Positions 16,070-25,311 of a stretch of DNA of 64,000 bases are shown here, in pieces; within the stretch, counting starts at the first letter, position 1, and every line of letters begins with the position of its first letter. Origin of the DNA: an uncultured Candidatus Poseidoniales archaeon (GTDB lineage: Archaea; Thermoplasmatota; Poseidoniia; Poseidoniales; Poseidoniaceae); NCBI GenBank assembly GCA_902605365.1, contig CACLCM010000005.1, positions 3,759 to 67,758 on the forward strand. The letters are read 5' to 3'. The notes beneath the pieces are model-generated. The model ran no database searches. It was not told the origin of the DNA and saw nothing but the letters and a program-made list of their open reading frames with translations. The translations under genes were made by a program, and so were the position numbers.

Positions 16070-17263
16070 ATGGACATCGCAAATCCTAGCGAAGAGCATC
16101 AGATGTTAAGAGACATGGTTCGTGATTTCGTAAAGGAACATGTAGAGCCACAAGCTCTCGAATTCGACCGTGATGAGAAGTTCAATCTCGAACTATTAAG
16201 GTCGCTTGGCGAACTTGGATTGTTGGGAATAACTGCTAGTGAAGAATTTGGCGGAGCCGGTTTGGATGCAGTAGCAACCGTGATCGTCCATGAGGAGTTG
16301 TCTGCTAGTGACCCTGGTTTTGCTTTAGCTTACTTGGCACATGCAATGTTATTCGTAAATAATCTTGAATTCAATGGTAATGATTCTCAGCGTTCCCGTA
16401 TTCTTCCAAAGGTTTGCTCTGGAGAATGGATTGGCGCAATGGCCATGAGTGAGCCTGATGCAGGTACAGATGTTTTGGGACTTTCAACTACTGCGGAGCA
16501 GAGAGATGATGGTTCATGGGTTCTCAATGGCCGAAAGATGTGGATTACCAATGGTTGTCTCGATGATGAAGGAACTCCTGCTGACGTAGTATGGGTTTAC
16601 GCAAGAACTGGAGTCAATGAAAAAGGCAAAGCACAATTGTCGACTTTCCTAGTTGAGAACGGAATGCCTGGTTACAGTGTGGGTCAGAAGATTATCGATA
16701 AAACTGGAATGCGTGCATCGAATACAGCCGAACTTGTCTTTGAAGATTGTATTGTTCCTGCCGAAAGTTTAGTTGGAGAAGTAGGAGATTCCATGATACA
16801 CATGATGCGTAATCTTGAGATTGAGCGCCTCACTTTAGCGGCAATGTCTCTTGGAATTGCAAGGCGTTCACTCGATGAAATGAATCGATACGCAACCGAT
16901 AGAGTAGCATTCGGGAGTAAAATTCGTGACTTTGGACAGATGCAGCGATACATCGGTGAATCTTGGGCGAAGTATCGTGCTATGCGTGCTTACATTTATG
17001 ATACCGCCAATAATATGGGTCTTGGTAATGCAGGTCAAAGATTAGATTCAGATGGAGTCAAATTATTCGCAACAACAGCTGCAAAAGAAATCGCAGATGC
17101 AGCCATTCAGGTAATGGGTGGTTACGGCTATGTCGCAGAGTATGTTGTAGAGAGGCTATGGAGAGATTCTAAACTTCTTGAAATTGGTGGAGGAACAATC
17201 GAATCCCACCAAAAGAACATCACTAGAGACCTTTCTAAATCTCCTGAAGTAATCAACGATTGA
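16070..17263 (+). CDS. Acyl-CoA dehydrogenase (isovaleryl-CoA dehydrogenase-like)
   Basis: AMSEPDAGTD, GRKMWITNG, GMRASNTAEL, GGYGY and EIGGGT motifs. Confidence 0.92.
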   Translation: MDIANPSEEHQMLRDMVRDFVKEHVEPQALEFDRDEKFNLELLRSLGELGLLGITASEEFGGAGLDAVATVIVHEELSASDPGFALAYLAHAMLFVNNLEFNGNDSQRSRILPKVCSGEWIGAMAMSEPDAGTDVLGLSTTAEQRDDGSWVLNGRKMWITNGCLDDEGTPADVVWVYARTGVNEKGKAQLSTFLVENGMPGYSVGQKIIDKTGMRASNTAELVFEDCIVPAESLVGEVGDSMIHMMRNLEIERLTLAAMSLGIARRSLDEMNRYATDRVAFGSKIRDFGQMQRYIGESWAKYRAMRAYIYDTANNMGLGNAGQRLDSDGVKLFATTAAKEIADAAIQVMGGYGYVAEYVVERLWRDSKLLEIGGGTIESHQKNITRDLSKSPEVIND

Positions 17264-17408
17264 GTCATTATGCTCATTCCGCTTCAAGATTAACTTGCTC
17301 TAATCCGATTGCTTTCATTCAAAGTGACCCATGCTGTTTAAGCCCAGAAGGAAAAACGTGTAATGTTGTGACTGCCAATAGTCATTTTTGGTCAAATACA
17401 ATTGAGGA

Positions 17409-18785
17409 ATGAGAATGAACAATTTTGAATCGCTTGGTCTTTCCAAGAAACTACTCCAAGCGGTGGAGTCGGAAGGATATACAACTCCAACTCCAGTTCA
17501 GGAACAGTCTATTCCGCCATTACTTGCAGGTAGGGATGTTCTAGGAGTTGCGCAAACAGGAACTGGTAAAACAGCGGCTTTTGCATTACCAGTCCTTCAG
17601 GTAATGAGTCGTTCTATTCCTCAGGGTAAAAGGTACATCCGTGCCCTAATTCTCTCACCTACTCGTGAATTAGCAGCCCAAATTGGAGAGAGGTTCTCCG
17701 CATATAGTGAAAATCTCAACTTAAATCACAAAGTAATCTTTGGAGGAGTAAATCAGAATCCACAGGTACGTGCTTTACAGAAAGGACTTGACATTCTTGT
17801 TGCAACACCAGGGCGCTTACTCGATCTAATTGGACAGAGGCATATCGACCTCTCTAGGGTTGAGTTTTTCGTTCTTGATGAAGCTGACAGAATGCTTGAT
17901 ATGGGATTTATCAGGGACATAAACAAGGTCCTGAAACTACTTCCAAAAAAGCGACAAAATCTATTGTTTAGTGCTACTATGCCAAGTTCAATAGCCGATT
18001 TGGCAGGTTCATTTCTCTATAATGCTGTAAAGATTGATGTCAGTCCCAAAGAGATTACAGTCGACCGTATTGAGCAGAAAATTATGTTTGTTCGTAAAGC
18101 TGACAAACGAAGATTATTGGTCCAAATAATAAAGTCGCAGAAAGTAAAGTGTGGAATTGTGTTTACTAGAACTAAGCACGGAGCGAATCGATTGGTCAAA
18201 CAATTAGATCAAAGTGGTATCAGCGCTGCAGCAATCCATGGTAACAAAAGTCAAGGTGCAAGAACAAAAGCATTAGCTGGATTCAAAGCAGGTCGTATCC
18301 CAATATTAGTTGCCACTGACATAGCAAGTAGAGGCATTGATGTTGATGGTATCACTCATGTTTTCAATTATGATTTGCCTAATGAGCCTGAAAGTTATGT
18401 TCATCGAATAGGCCGTACTGCAAGAGCGGGTCGATCAGGCGTTGCTTACGGTTTCTGTGATAATTCTGAATCTGGATATTTAGTTGGAATTCAACAACTT
18501 ATAGGGACTGAAATTGCAGTTGATGATTCTCATGATTTTCATTTCCCCGGTGCTATTCCTAAGCCTGGTCAAAGGCCGGGTAAGATTAAGGAAAATAAAT
18601 CTCAAAAGAAAAAGAAGAGTATCGACAACAAAAAACCTCGTAGTGGAGCGGATAAAAAGCCGAATCAGTATCGGCGCCGTTCTAAAAACAATTCAAGAGA
18701 AGGGAAAAATCGTAATCATCGGAATGGGAATAATGGTCCACGGCAAGGTGGAAATCGTTCACATCGTCAAAATAATCGTCGGTGA
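17409..18785 (+). CDS. rhlE: DEAD-box RNA helicase (RhlE-like) with a basic C-terminal tail
   Basis: AQTGTGKT, PTRELA, DEAD, SAT, ATDIASRGID and HRIGRTARAG motifs. Confidence 0.9.
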   Translation: MRMNNFESLGLSKKLLQAVESEGYTTPTPVQEQSIPPLLAGRDVLGVAQTGTGKTAAFALPVLQVMSRSIPQGKRYIRALILSPTRELAAQIGERFSAYSENLNLNHKVIFGGVNQNPQVRALQKGLDILVATPGRLLDLIGQRHIDLSRVEFFVLDEADRMLDMGFIRDINKVLKLLPKKRQNLLFSATMPSSIADLAGSFLYNAVKIDVSPKEITVDRIEQKIMFVRKADKRRLLVQIIKSQKVKCGIVFTRTKHGANRLVKQLDQSGISAAAIHGNKSQGARTKALAGFKAGRIPILVATDIASRGIDVDGITHVFNYDLPNEPESYVHRIGRTARAGRSGVAYGFCDNSESGYLVGIQQLIGTEIAVDDSHDFHFPGAIPKPGQRPGKIKENKSQKKKKSIDNKKPRSGADKKPNQYRRRSKNNSREGKNRNHRNGNNGPRQGGNRSHRQNNRR

Positions 18786-18925
18786 TTTCAAAAGTTCTCT
18801 AACTTTATTTGAATACAATTTAGTTCAATTTTAGAGATTTTTATCTGAAATATAATGACTCATATGTTTACAATTTCACGATAAGTTAAATTGCATCGGT
18901 CTATCAAAGGCTGAATGAGACCAGT

Positions 18926-19498
18926 ATGCGACGCAGTAATGAGACTGAACATGCCGAAGTCGGCACAAGTGCAATGATCATTTTCATAGCCTTGATTTTG
19001 GTTAGTTCAATCATTTCAGCAATTATTATTGGGGTAGGTGGAGATGTATTCGCTCAATCGAAAACTGACGCTAGTCGAAATACTCCAAGCATGAAAGGTA
19101 TTGCTAATATCGTTGTTCTCGAAATAGAATCTTTAGGGGCAGATGACGGAATTCATATTGTATTTGAATTACCATATGTTGAAGCCGAAGTTCCAGAAGA
19201 AGACCTTTCATGGACTGTGATGTGTTTCCCTCCAAATCAGGGTGGTGGTCAAAATACCATCAAGTTCGACCAAGGTGATTTTGAACTTGCTACTACTTTA
19301 GATGGAGATGGTGCTACAGCATTGCCATTAATCGCTTTCCAACCAGGAGTGGACTATCGAATGATACTTCAATTGGATGTATGTGACTTGGATGAAATCG
19401 AAGATGCCACATTAGTCATGCTTGTGGCCAACGGTAGAACCCAAGAGAAATTTATGGACATAGGCACGGCGCCATATATTGGGCAGGATTTAAACTGA
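18926..19498 (+). CDS. Archaellin-like / type IV pilin-like protein
   Basis: EHA|EVGTSAMIIFIALILVSSIISAIII resembles the archaellin N-terminal helix (consensus xxGIGTLIVFIAMVLVAA). Confidence 0.7.
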   Translation: MRRSNETEHAEVGTSAMIIFIALILVSSIISAIIIGVGGDVFAQSKTDASRNTPSMKGIANIVVLEIESLGADDGIHIVFELPYVEAEVPEEDLSWTVMCFPPNQGGGQNTIKFDQGDFELATTLDGDGATALPLIAFQPGVDYRMILQLDVCDLDEIEDATLVMLVANGRTQEKFMDIGTAPYIGQDLN

Positions 19499-19507
19499 GG
19501 TTTTTGA

Positions 19508-20140
19508 ATGCGTAGGTCTCGAATAAAAAACGATGAGAATTGTACAGTAGGCACTGGTGCCCTAATTGTATTTGTCTCAATGGTTTTACTAGCGACATTG
19601 GTTACCTTCACTCTCGTTAAGATAACCGAAGAGATTGCACAGTCAACTCAAAAAACCTCTGAAGATGTGAGGAGAGATGTCGTGAATTCTGTTATTATTA
19701 CCGGTGCTTGGGTGTATGATAACCAGGATGACATGTTATTCATGATGGAGTTTGGTTCAGCAGGTGAGCCACTACAACGCGAAGATGTCGAGTATGTATT
19801 GTATTGCACTGAACCAGATGGAACTTTTCATTATCGTTCAGCGGCTTTAGGCGATTCTAATGGTGGTTCAGATATCCATGTTTGGGAACTTGGTACAGAT
19901 GGCCCCGATACCCCGGGTTTCACCGATGTAGCTAACTTTAGACCAGGTGCAAGATATTACTTCACTCTTGACGGGGGTACTCAAAACAATCCAGGAGGCG
20001 CTGCAGGTGAGTGTGGACCTCCACATCTTGACACTCATGGAATTAGTGCAAATCTGTTCATTCACATTCCAAATGGGCAATCAACCCACCAAATTTTAAC
20101 TTTATCAAATGGTCGTGAAATCGGTTCACAAATAATCTGA
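19508..20140 (+). CDS. Archaellin-like / type IV pilin-like protein
   Basis: ENC|TVGTGALIVFVSMVLLATLV...IAQSTQKTSEDVRRDV follows the archaellin alpha-1 pattern. Confidence 0.75.
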   Translation: MRRSRIKNDENCTVGTGALIVFVSMVLLATLVTFTLVKITEEIAQSTQKTSEDVRRDVVNSVIITGAWVYDNQDDMLFMMEFGSAGEPLQREDVEYVLYCTEPDGTFHYRSAALGDSNGGSDIHVWELGTDGPDTPGFTDVANFRPGARYYFTLDGGTQNNPGGAAGECGPPHLDTHGISANLFIHIPNGQSTHQILTLSNGREIGSQII

Positions 20141-20149
20141 GTGAGATTC

Positions 20150-21205
20150 TCAGTGGCGAACCCATTGTCCTGTTTCTTGGTCGCGCCAATACCAGATTTC
20201 GCTTCCTTCTGGGTGCTCAATCCACTCATATCCATCATCCCCCCAAACTCCCTGCCAATTGACATCTAATTGATTTGGACGTTCAAATTTCTGTCTATTT
20301 GTGCGTGACATTGAACTTGATATTGCAGAATATTCTTCATCTTCATCTTCATAATCATCTTCATCCCAATCCTCGTCTCTTCCAAGAGAAAATGCCTCCA
20401 TGCTAGCAAAAAATAATCCCCCCACAAAAATCACAGGACCGCTAAGGAGCGTAAGATAGAATGCATATGATAAGCCAAATTTTGGATCACTTGGTTCCAT
20501 CCCACTGTTGAGGTCAGGTAGCATCACATACCATACAATTGGTGCGATGAAGATAGTTATGCCTGATATCGAATTTAGAAGTGTCACTATCCACCCCGGA
20601 ATGTAACCCAGGACGCCAATGGCTGCAAGGAATAGACTCAACGCAATTAGACCCAAACCTCCCTGTATTATCGAATAACCCATCGACCCAGCAGATTCAG
20701 CCTCGCAGAGCTTAATTATCTCAATGTTTTCTTGGTTTTTACACTCAAATAATTCACCATCTTCCGATTGTGGGTTTTCCAAAATCTTGTGTTTTTTGTC
20801 CATTTCCTCAGAATAACATCGGTCATCTTCATCGCATTCCTCGAAATACCGTTCCAGTGAGATGTAATGTAAACCAATATCCTGCTGAACATAATAATCA
20901 TACGTATTTTGTCCAAACTCATCTTGGTAGGAGCCCTTGTCTGCGTCGCTGTAAGTTGTCCACGATGTGCTTTCGAGCATACCATATGTCAGAAGTGCAC
21001 CAAGAAAGCAGATAACTACTCCGATAGCGAATTGCTTGACGTTACTAGTATCCACACTGTGATGTGGGGCTATTGGTCTATTAGCATTGGTACCTGCTCC
21101 TGCCTTTGAATTGTTGGTTTCGGAGGGGTAGCGTCTAAAATGACCCACGCAAAGCCCATTCAAACATCGATTGCATTCGTATGGGTATTCGGATAGGGCC
21201 ATCAA
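20150..21205 (-). CDS. Four-TM membrane protein with a Cys-containing extracellular loop and a Trp-rich cytoplasmic tail
   Basis: Four hydrophobic segments in a claudin-like layout, an N-terminal CNRC..C..H motif, an acidic linker, and the tail WGDDGYEWIEHPEGSEIWYWRDQETGQW. Confidence 0.7.
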   Translation of the reverse strand: MMALSEYPYECNRCLNGLCVGHFRRYPSETNNSKAGAGTNANRPIAPHHSVDTSNVKQFAIGVVICFLGALLTYGMLESTSWTTYSDADKGSYQDEFGQNTYDYYVQQDIGLHYISLERYFEECDEDDRCYSEEMDKKHKILENPQSEDGELFECKNQENIEIIKLCEAESAGSMGYSIIQGGLGLIALSLFLAAIGVLGYIPGWIVTLLNSISGITIFIAPIVWYVMLPDLNSGMEPSDPKFGLSYAFYLTLLSGPVIFVGGLFFASMEAFSLGRDEDWDEDDYEDEDEEYSAISSSMSRTNRQKFERPNQLDVNWQGVWGDDGYEWIEHPEGSEIWYWRDQETGQWVRH

Positions 21206-21266
21206 AACAATCGGAATTGTAATGTGGCTGGGAATAGTTTATTTTTGAAAGGAATTACGAGATTTC

Positions 21267-21530
21267 ATGCCAAATTGCCAGTCCTGTGAAAATAAATTGG
21301 ATGAAGATGAACATAAAGGGCGGGATTGCGACATCTGCTTTGAGCCATTGATTTCTTCATGCCATAAATGTGTAGTGACTTGCTGTGAAATCTTCCATGT
21401 TGAATGTTCAGATGAGCCCATTCGTGAATGCGAAGGGGGTTGCGGTTGGCGATACTGTGGTGATTGTGGAAGGGATGTACTAAATGGATTCAGTTACTGT
21501 TTAGCTTACCAGCGCAATGGTTGGTGCTGA
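21267..21530 (+). CDS. Small Cys-rich zinc-finger protein (PHD/RING-like)
   Basis: 87 aa with the motifs CQSC, CDIC, CHKC, CCEIFHVEC, CEGGC and WRYCGDC. Confidence 0.6.
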   Translation: MPNCQSCENKLDEDEHKGRDCDICFEPLISSCHKCVVTCCEIFHVECSDEPIRECEGGCGWRYCGDCGRDVLNGFSYCLAYQRNGWC

Positions 21531-21582
21531 GCTTAAAAAAGCCACAAAAAAAGTCACTACAAATTCAATTAATACCTTTAAT

Positions 21583-21695
21583 GGGCACCCCTATGTAATG
21601 CGGGCAATGTATAGGGTACCCTCTCGAATGAGGGTGTTTGGAAGGGGGACCCATCCGAATATACATGATGTTTGAATGGCTTTGCGTGGGCCCTT
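21583..21695 (+). ncRNA. Candidate structured RNA (multi-hairpin)
   Basis: GC-rich intergenic stretch in an AT-rich context, with three mutually compatible stems (the first two abut at CCC 21619-21621). Most imperfect pairs are G-U on the + strand. Confidence 0.3.
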
Positions 21696-21721
21696 CTAGT
21701 CGCTATCTAGCATTCAAATAT

Positions 21722-22474
21722 TCAATCTCTTGGTTCTATTCTTAATTTTCGAGACTGATAATAGAGTCCGTACCCCACTTCCTCCCCTTGCTCGATATGG
21801 GGGCATAATTCGTTTCCACCGGTCTGTATATCAACTCTGAACTCTATTGAATAATCTCCAAATGGTTGCTCATATACAGTTAAATTTTCAGATATTTGAG
21901 TTTCACTAATATTTGAAAATTCGTAAACTCTTGTCCATCCACCATCATCCTCGATATCTTCCCATCCATCGGAATTATTATTCGGCCAATGCAAATAGGA
22001 TTGTGCAAAGTACTTGTCGATTTGCATCAGTTCAGCATTGTTGTTTTCATCGCTCTTTGAAAAATCATTGTGAGAGAACTGAACATTCACAATATCCCAC
22101 ACATTGTTCCCCGGATTCAATTCACACATCACTTCTTCACCTATGCCACTTGGATTAACCTCTTCGTCGCTTTCAGCATAATAGAATCGGGAATAAACTA
22201 GGTAGACTTCCATTCCATTAAGCTCCTCACTGTTCCAGGCATATGATACCTCGAGGGTTTCACCGTCATAAATGAAATTAAAATCATCTGTAATCTTGGC
22301 ATTATAATCCTCCCAGTAAAGAGTATAATTTCCAATCTTGTCCGAAGTTGTCGATTTTGTTTCATTGTTATGTATTTTGTAAAAGTAAGTTCCACCTAAT
22401 ATTCCAGAAACAATCAAGAAAATAATGACTAGAGCAGTCACCTTCCTCTTCTGCAAAATAGAATATGTATGCAT
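21722..22474 (-). CDS. Hypothetical membrane-anchored protein
   Basis: Basic N-terminus plus a single TM, followed by an acidic beta-rich ectodomain. Confidence 0.7.
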   Translation of the reverse strand: MHTYSILQKRKVTALVIIFLIVSGILGGTYFYKIHNNETKSTTSDKIGNYTLYWEDYNAKITDDFNFIYDGETLEVSYAWNSEELNGMEVYLVYSRFYYAESDEEVNPSGIGEEVMCELNPGNNVWDIVNVQFSHNDFSKSDENNNAELMQIDKYFAQSYLHWPNNNSDGWEDIEDDGGWTRVYEFSNISETQISENLTVYEQPFGDYSIEFRVDIQTGGNELCPHIEQGEEVGYGLYYQSRKLRIEPRD

Positions 22475-22675
22475 GTTTAAGGCACTTTATTCTTGGTTAT
22501 AATATCATACCCGGTATTATCGAATTTAGGCACACTGCGCCTATAAGTGTCACTTTAGATGAACCACTGTTCTCATCACTTTTACACATTATTGAAGTAG
22601 GTGAAATCACCTCCAAAACAGTGTCTTTTTTAGGGTCTGAAGGGGGTGCTGCTATGCGGAATACACGCTACGCAA

Positions 22676-23092
22676 TTAAAATTCAAGATCATTGCCATCA
22701 AGCCAATGCTTTCTGCAATAATCAGTTCCGCCTTTTTTCCCTTTCTGACATCCTTCAAAAATGCACAGATGTGATAGTTTTCCATTATTCGAGGGTGGTT
22801 CAATAACATCATCCTCGGGCATAGGTTTTGGCGCCTCATTTTCTTTGTGTACGCTTTTCAGCTCATCTCCAATCTGAGCAAATTTCTCTGGACTCTGAAC
22901 CTTCAGAAATTCCAAATAATCTTCAGTATTTTCAAACTCAATTGGCATGACAAGTATCTCTTCACATTCTTGACATTGATAGCGCTCTCCCGTCATGAAT
23001 CCCATATATGGATAAACTCGGTAACCAAAGCAACTTGAGCAGATTCTAAAAGATGGCATTCCTGCACCCAAACCTTCGTTCAGATATATCAT
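22676..23092 (-). CDS. Double zinc-finger protein (Zn ribbon plus CxxxGC...CxxH finger)
   Basis: CSSC...CQEC and CIFEGCQKGKKGGTDYCRKH. Confidence 0.65.
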   Translation of the reverse strand: MIYLNEGLGAGMPSFRICSSCFGYRVYPYMGFMTGERYQCQECEEILVMPIEFENTEDYLEFLKVQSPEKFAQIGDELKSVHKENEAPKPMPEDDVIEPPSNNGKLSHLCIFEGCQKGKKGGTDYCRKHWLDGNDLEF

Positions 23093-23257
23093 ATATCATG
23101 TCATTGCATTGTGTTTTGGAAAAGTGAAGAATAGGAAAGACTCCCTGTTATTGCTATGATAATTATGACTCGTATTTCCCAATATTTCAATCTAATAATA
23201 ATTTTTAGATACCTATTTATTAGTTTTAATTAAATAGTTATTAACAGGCGCCGATGC

Positions 23258-24436
23258 ATGGCGAAAGCGGTTGAGGCAACTCAAGATGAGGAGAGCAAAA
23301 TCTCGGATGAAAATGATGCTGAAAAGGTCTATGACACTATAATCGTCGGCGCAGGTGCAGCAGGAGTTGGTGTTGCAATTGCCCTTGGACATTCAGGTGT
23401 TGAGAACTATCTAGTAGTTGACAGAGCAAAAGTAGGTTCATCTTTCGCTTCTTGGCCTGCTGAGACTCGATTCATTACCCCTTCATTTCCAAGTAACTCG
23501 ATTGGAATGCTCGACTTGAACTCAATAGCAATTGGTGTATCTCCAGCATTTAGTATGCGAGTTGAACATCCGACTGGACAGCAATATGCTGCACATTTAC
23601 AGGGTCTTGCTAATTACTTCGAACTTCCTATACGAGAAATGACTAATGTGAAAAGTATCGAGATGAAAGATGAACTATTCCATCTTGAAACCGATCGTCA
23701 TACTTTGCGAGCCCGTAATGTTATCTGGGCTGCCGGTGAATACCAATATCCGTCCCTGAATATTTTCGATGGTAGTGAACATTGTCGACACACCTCTAGT
23801 GTTTCAAAATACGGAGACTTAGAGGGTGATGATTTCATAATCATTGGTGGTTATGAAAGCGGAATTGACGCTGCCTACCACCTTGCGAAATGCGGAAAGA
23901 AAGTGCGTGTATTCGATCTCAGCGGTCCGTGGGAAGAAGAAAGTTCAGACCCAAGTATCGCCTTGTCTACCTATTCCTTTGAGCGTATGGAGCATCCTAG
24001 TTTTGGTCAAAACGTCGAGTTGTTTGCTGGAACTCCAATCCAATCGGTTACTTTTGCAAATGGAATTTATGAAGTCAAGACAGAAGACGGTCAAGTGTTC
24101 CAGACAAAGCAAAAACCTCTCTTAGCTAGTGGTTTTGATGGTAGCCACAAATTCGTCTCTCACTTGTTTGAAGAAAGAGAAGATGGATTCCCTTCTCTAA
24201 CAGAGCGTGATGAGTCAACAATCTTGCCAGGCATGTTCCTGTGTGGTCCTTCTGTGCGTCATGACGGACATATTTTCTGTTTTATCTTCAAGTATCGCCA
24301 ACGTTTTGCTATCGTTGCACAAGCCATTGCTTCATCTCTCGATTTGCCAACCGAGGACTTTGTCGAAGCATACAAAGAATGGGGCATGTATTTGGATGAC
24401 TTGTCGTGCTGTGGTCAGGAGTGTTTAACTTGCTAA
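23258..24436 (+). CDS. NAD(P)/FAD-dependent oxidoreductase (Pyr_redox_3 / flavin monooxygenase-like) with a Cys-rich tail
   Basis: GAGAAG FAD motif, IIGGYESG NAD(P) motif, TRFITPSF, and the C-terminal DDLSCCGQECLTC. Confidence 0.85.
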   Translation: MAKAVEATQDEESKISDENDAEKVYDTIIVGAGAAGVGVAIALGHSGVENYLVVDRAKVGSSFASWPAETRFITPSFPSNSIGMLDLNSIAIGVSPAFSMRVEHPTGQQYAAHLQGLANYFELPIREMTNVKSIEMKDELFHLETDRHTLRARNVIWAAGEYQYPSLNIFDGSEHCRHTSSVSKYGDLEGDDFIIIGGYESGIDAAYHLAKCGKKVRVFDLSGPWEEESSDPSIALSTYSFERMEHPSFGQNVELFAGTPIQSVTFANGIYEVKTEDGQVFQTKQKPLLASGFDGSHKFVSHLFEEREDGFPSLTERDESTILPGMFLCGPSVRHDGHIFCFIFKYRQRFAIVAQAIASSLDLPTEDFVEAYKEWGMYLDDLSCCGQECLTC

Positions 24437-24474
24437 CAGAGAATGATGATTCAGAAAACGATCAGGTTGGAGGC

Positions 24475-24678
24475 ATGTCAACTTCACCTAGAATCAGTAA
24501 GATGATGAGTTTTGAATGGCTAGGACAAACTTTGGCTAGCATGTGCTGGATAATCAGTGTATTCGTCTACGAAACAGATGTTAATCTCTGGAGCAATGGA
24601 GATTGGCTGCAATTAGGTGCAGCATCTTCATGGATGGTGTCTAACATTGCAAGTGTGGTTAATATCAAAGTTGATTGA
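24475..24678 (+). CDS. Small membrane protein (2 TM)
   Basis: GGAGG RBS before ATG 24475. EWLGQTLASMCWIISVFVY...DWLQLGAASSW. Confidence 0.65.
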   Translation: MSTSPRISKMMSFEWLGQTLASMCWIISVFVYETDVNLWSNGDWLQLGAASSWMVSNIASVVNIKVD

Positions 24679-24679
24679 C

Positions 24680-25279
24680 ATGTCTCCTGAACTGCAAGTG
24701 ATTGAACGTCCACGTCCCGGGAATGAAATCATTGAGCGTGCTTTAGTTTTACTAAACCAACAAATTTGGTGTTGGGGTCGTGATATTTTACGCCCCGAAG
24801 GTAATTGGCTAAACGAGATTGGCTTCAATAGCATCAAGCCTCCATCAGAACGTCACAAATGCAGTAGTATGTATTGCTTGGAATTACCGGGTGGAAAAAG
24901 CGTTGTATTGCGTGGATTCGGCTCATTCTACGGCTGTAGTGAACGTGGAAGTGTCTTTCTGCATCGCTATAAGTTCCTACCGAAATATACCAAGAACGCA
25001 AAGCTTGAGAATCTTCCTTGGGCTATCGAGGATTTACCCGAATGGGATATGCCTAATGCTTCACAACAGAACCTCTGTGCATCTCTTACATTGGATTTCA
25101 TTAATTGGGTAAAAAGTTACGAAGAAGAAATAATCGATAGATTGGGAGTTGAGTACCGTGATTCAATTTTGTCTAGTTGGGAACACGCTAAGGCTCCAAT
25201 AATTCCAGCAAAAGAGATGGCTAATGCGTGGGGAATGTTAGGCGAAGCGATTTCCAAGGATTTGGATTGCTTGGTTTAG
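24680..25279 (+). CDS. Hypothetical protein
   Basis: ATG 1 nt after the previous stop. LLNQQIWCWGRDILRPEGNWL motif. Confidence 0.7.
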   Translation: MSPELQVIERPRPGNEIIERALVLLNQQIWCWGRDILRPEGNWLNEIGFNSIKPPSERHKCSSMYCLELPGGKSVVLRGFGSFYGCSERGSVFLHRYKFLPKYTKNAKLENLPWAIEDLPEWDMPNASQQNLCASLTLDFINWVKSYEEEIIDRLGVEYRDSILSSWEHAKAPIIPAKEMANAWGMLGEAISKDLDCLV

Positions 25280-25311
25280 AATGAACCTTGCATCCGTATT
25301 GTCAACGAAGA

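Noticed and set aside
15661-16077. 138-aa minus-strand ORF
   Set aside because: It is antisense to the 15607-16020 gene and overlaps the acyl-CoA dehydrogenase start region.
22465-22806. 113-aa plus-strand ORF, the 69-aa minus ORF 22630-22839, and a 30-aa minus ORF near 22590
   Set aside because: The first two overlap the better-supported zinc-finger gene. None has a recognisable motif.
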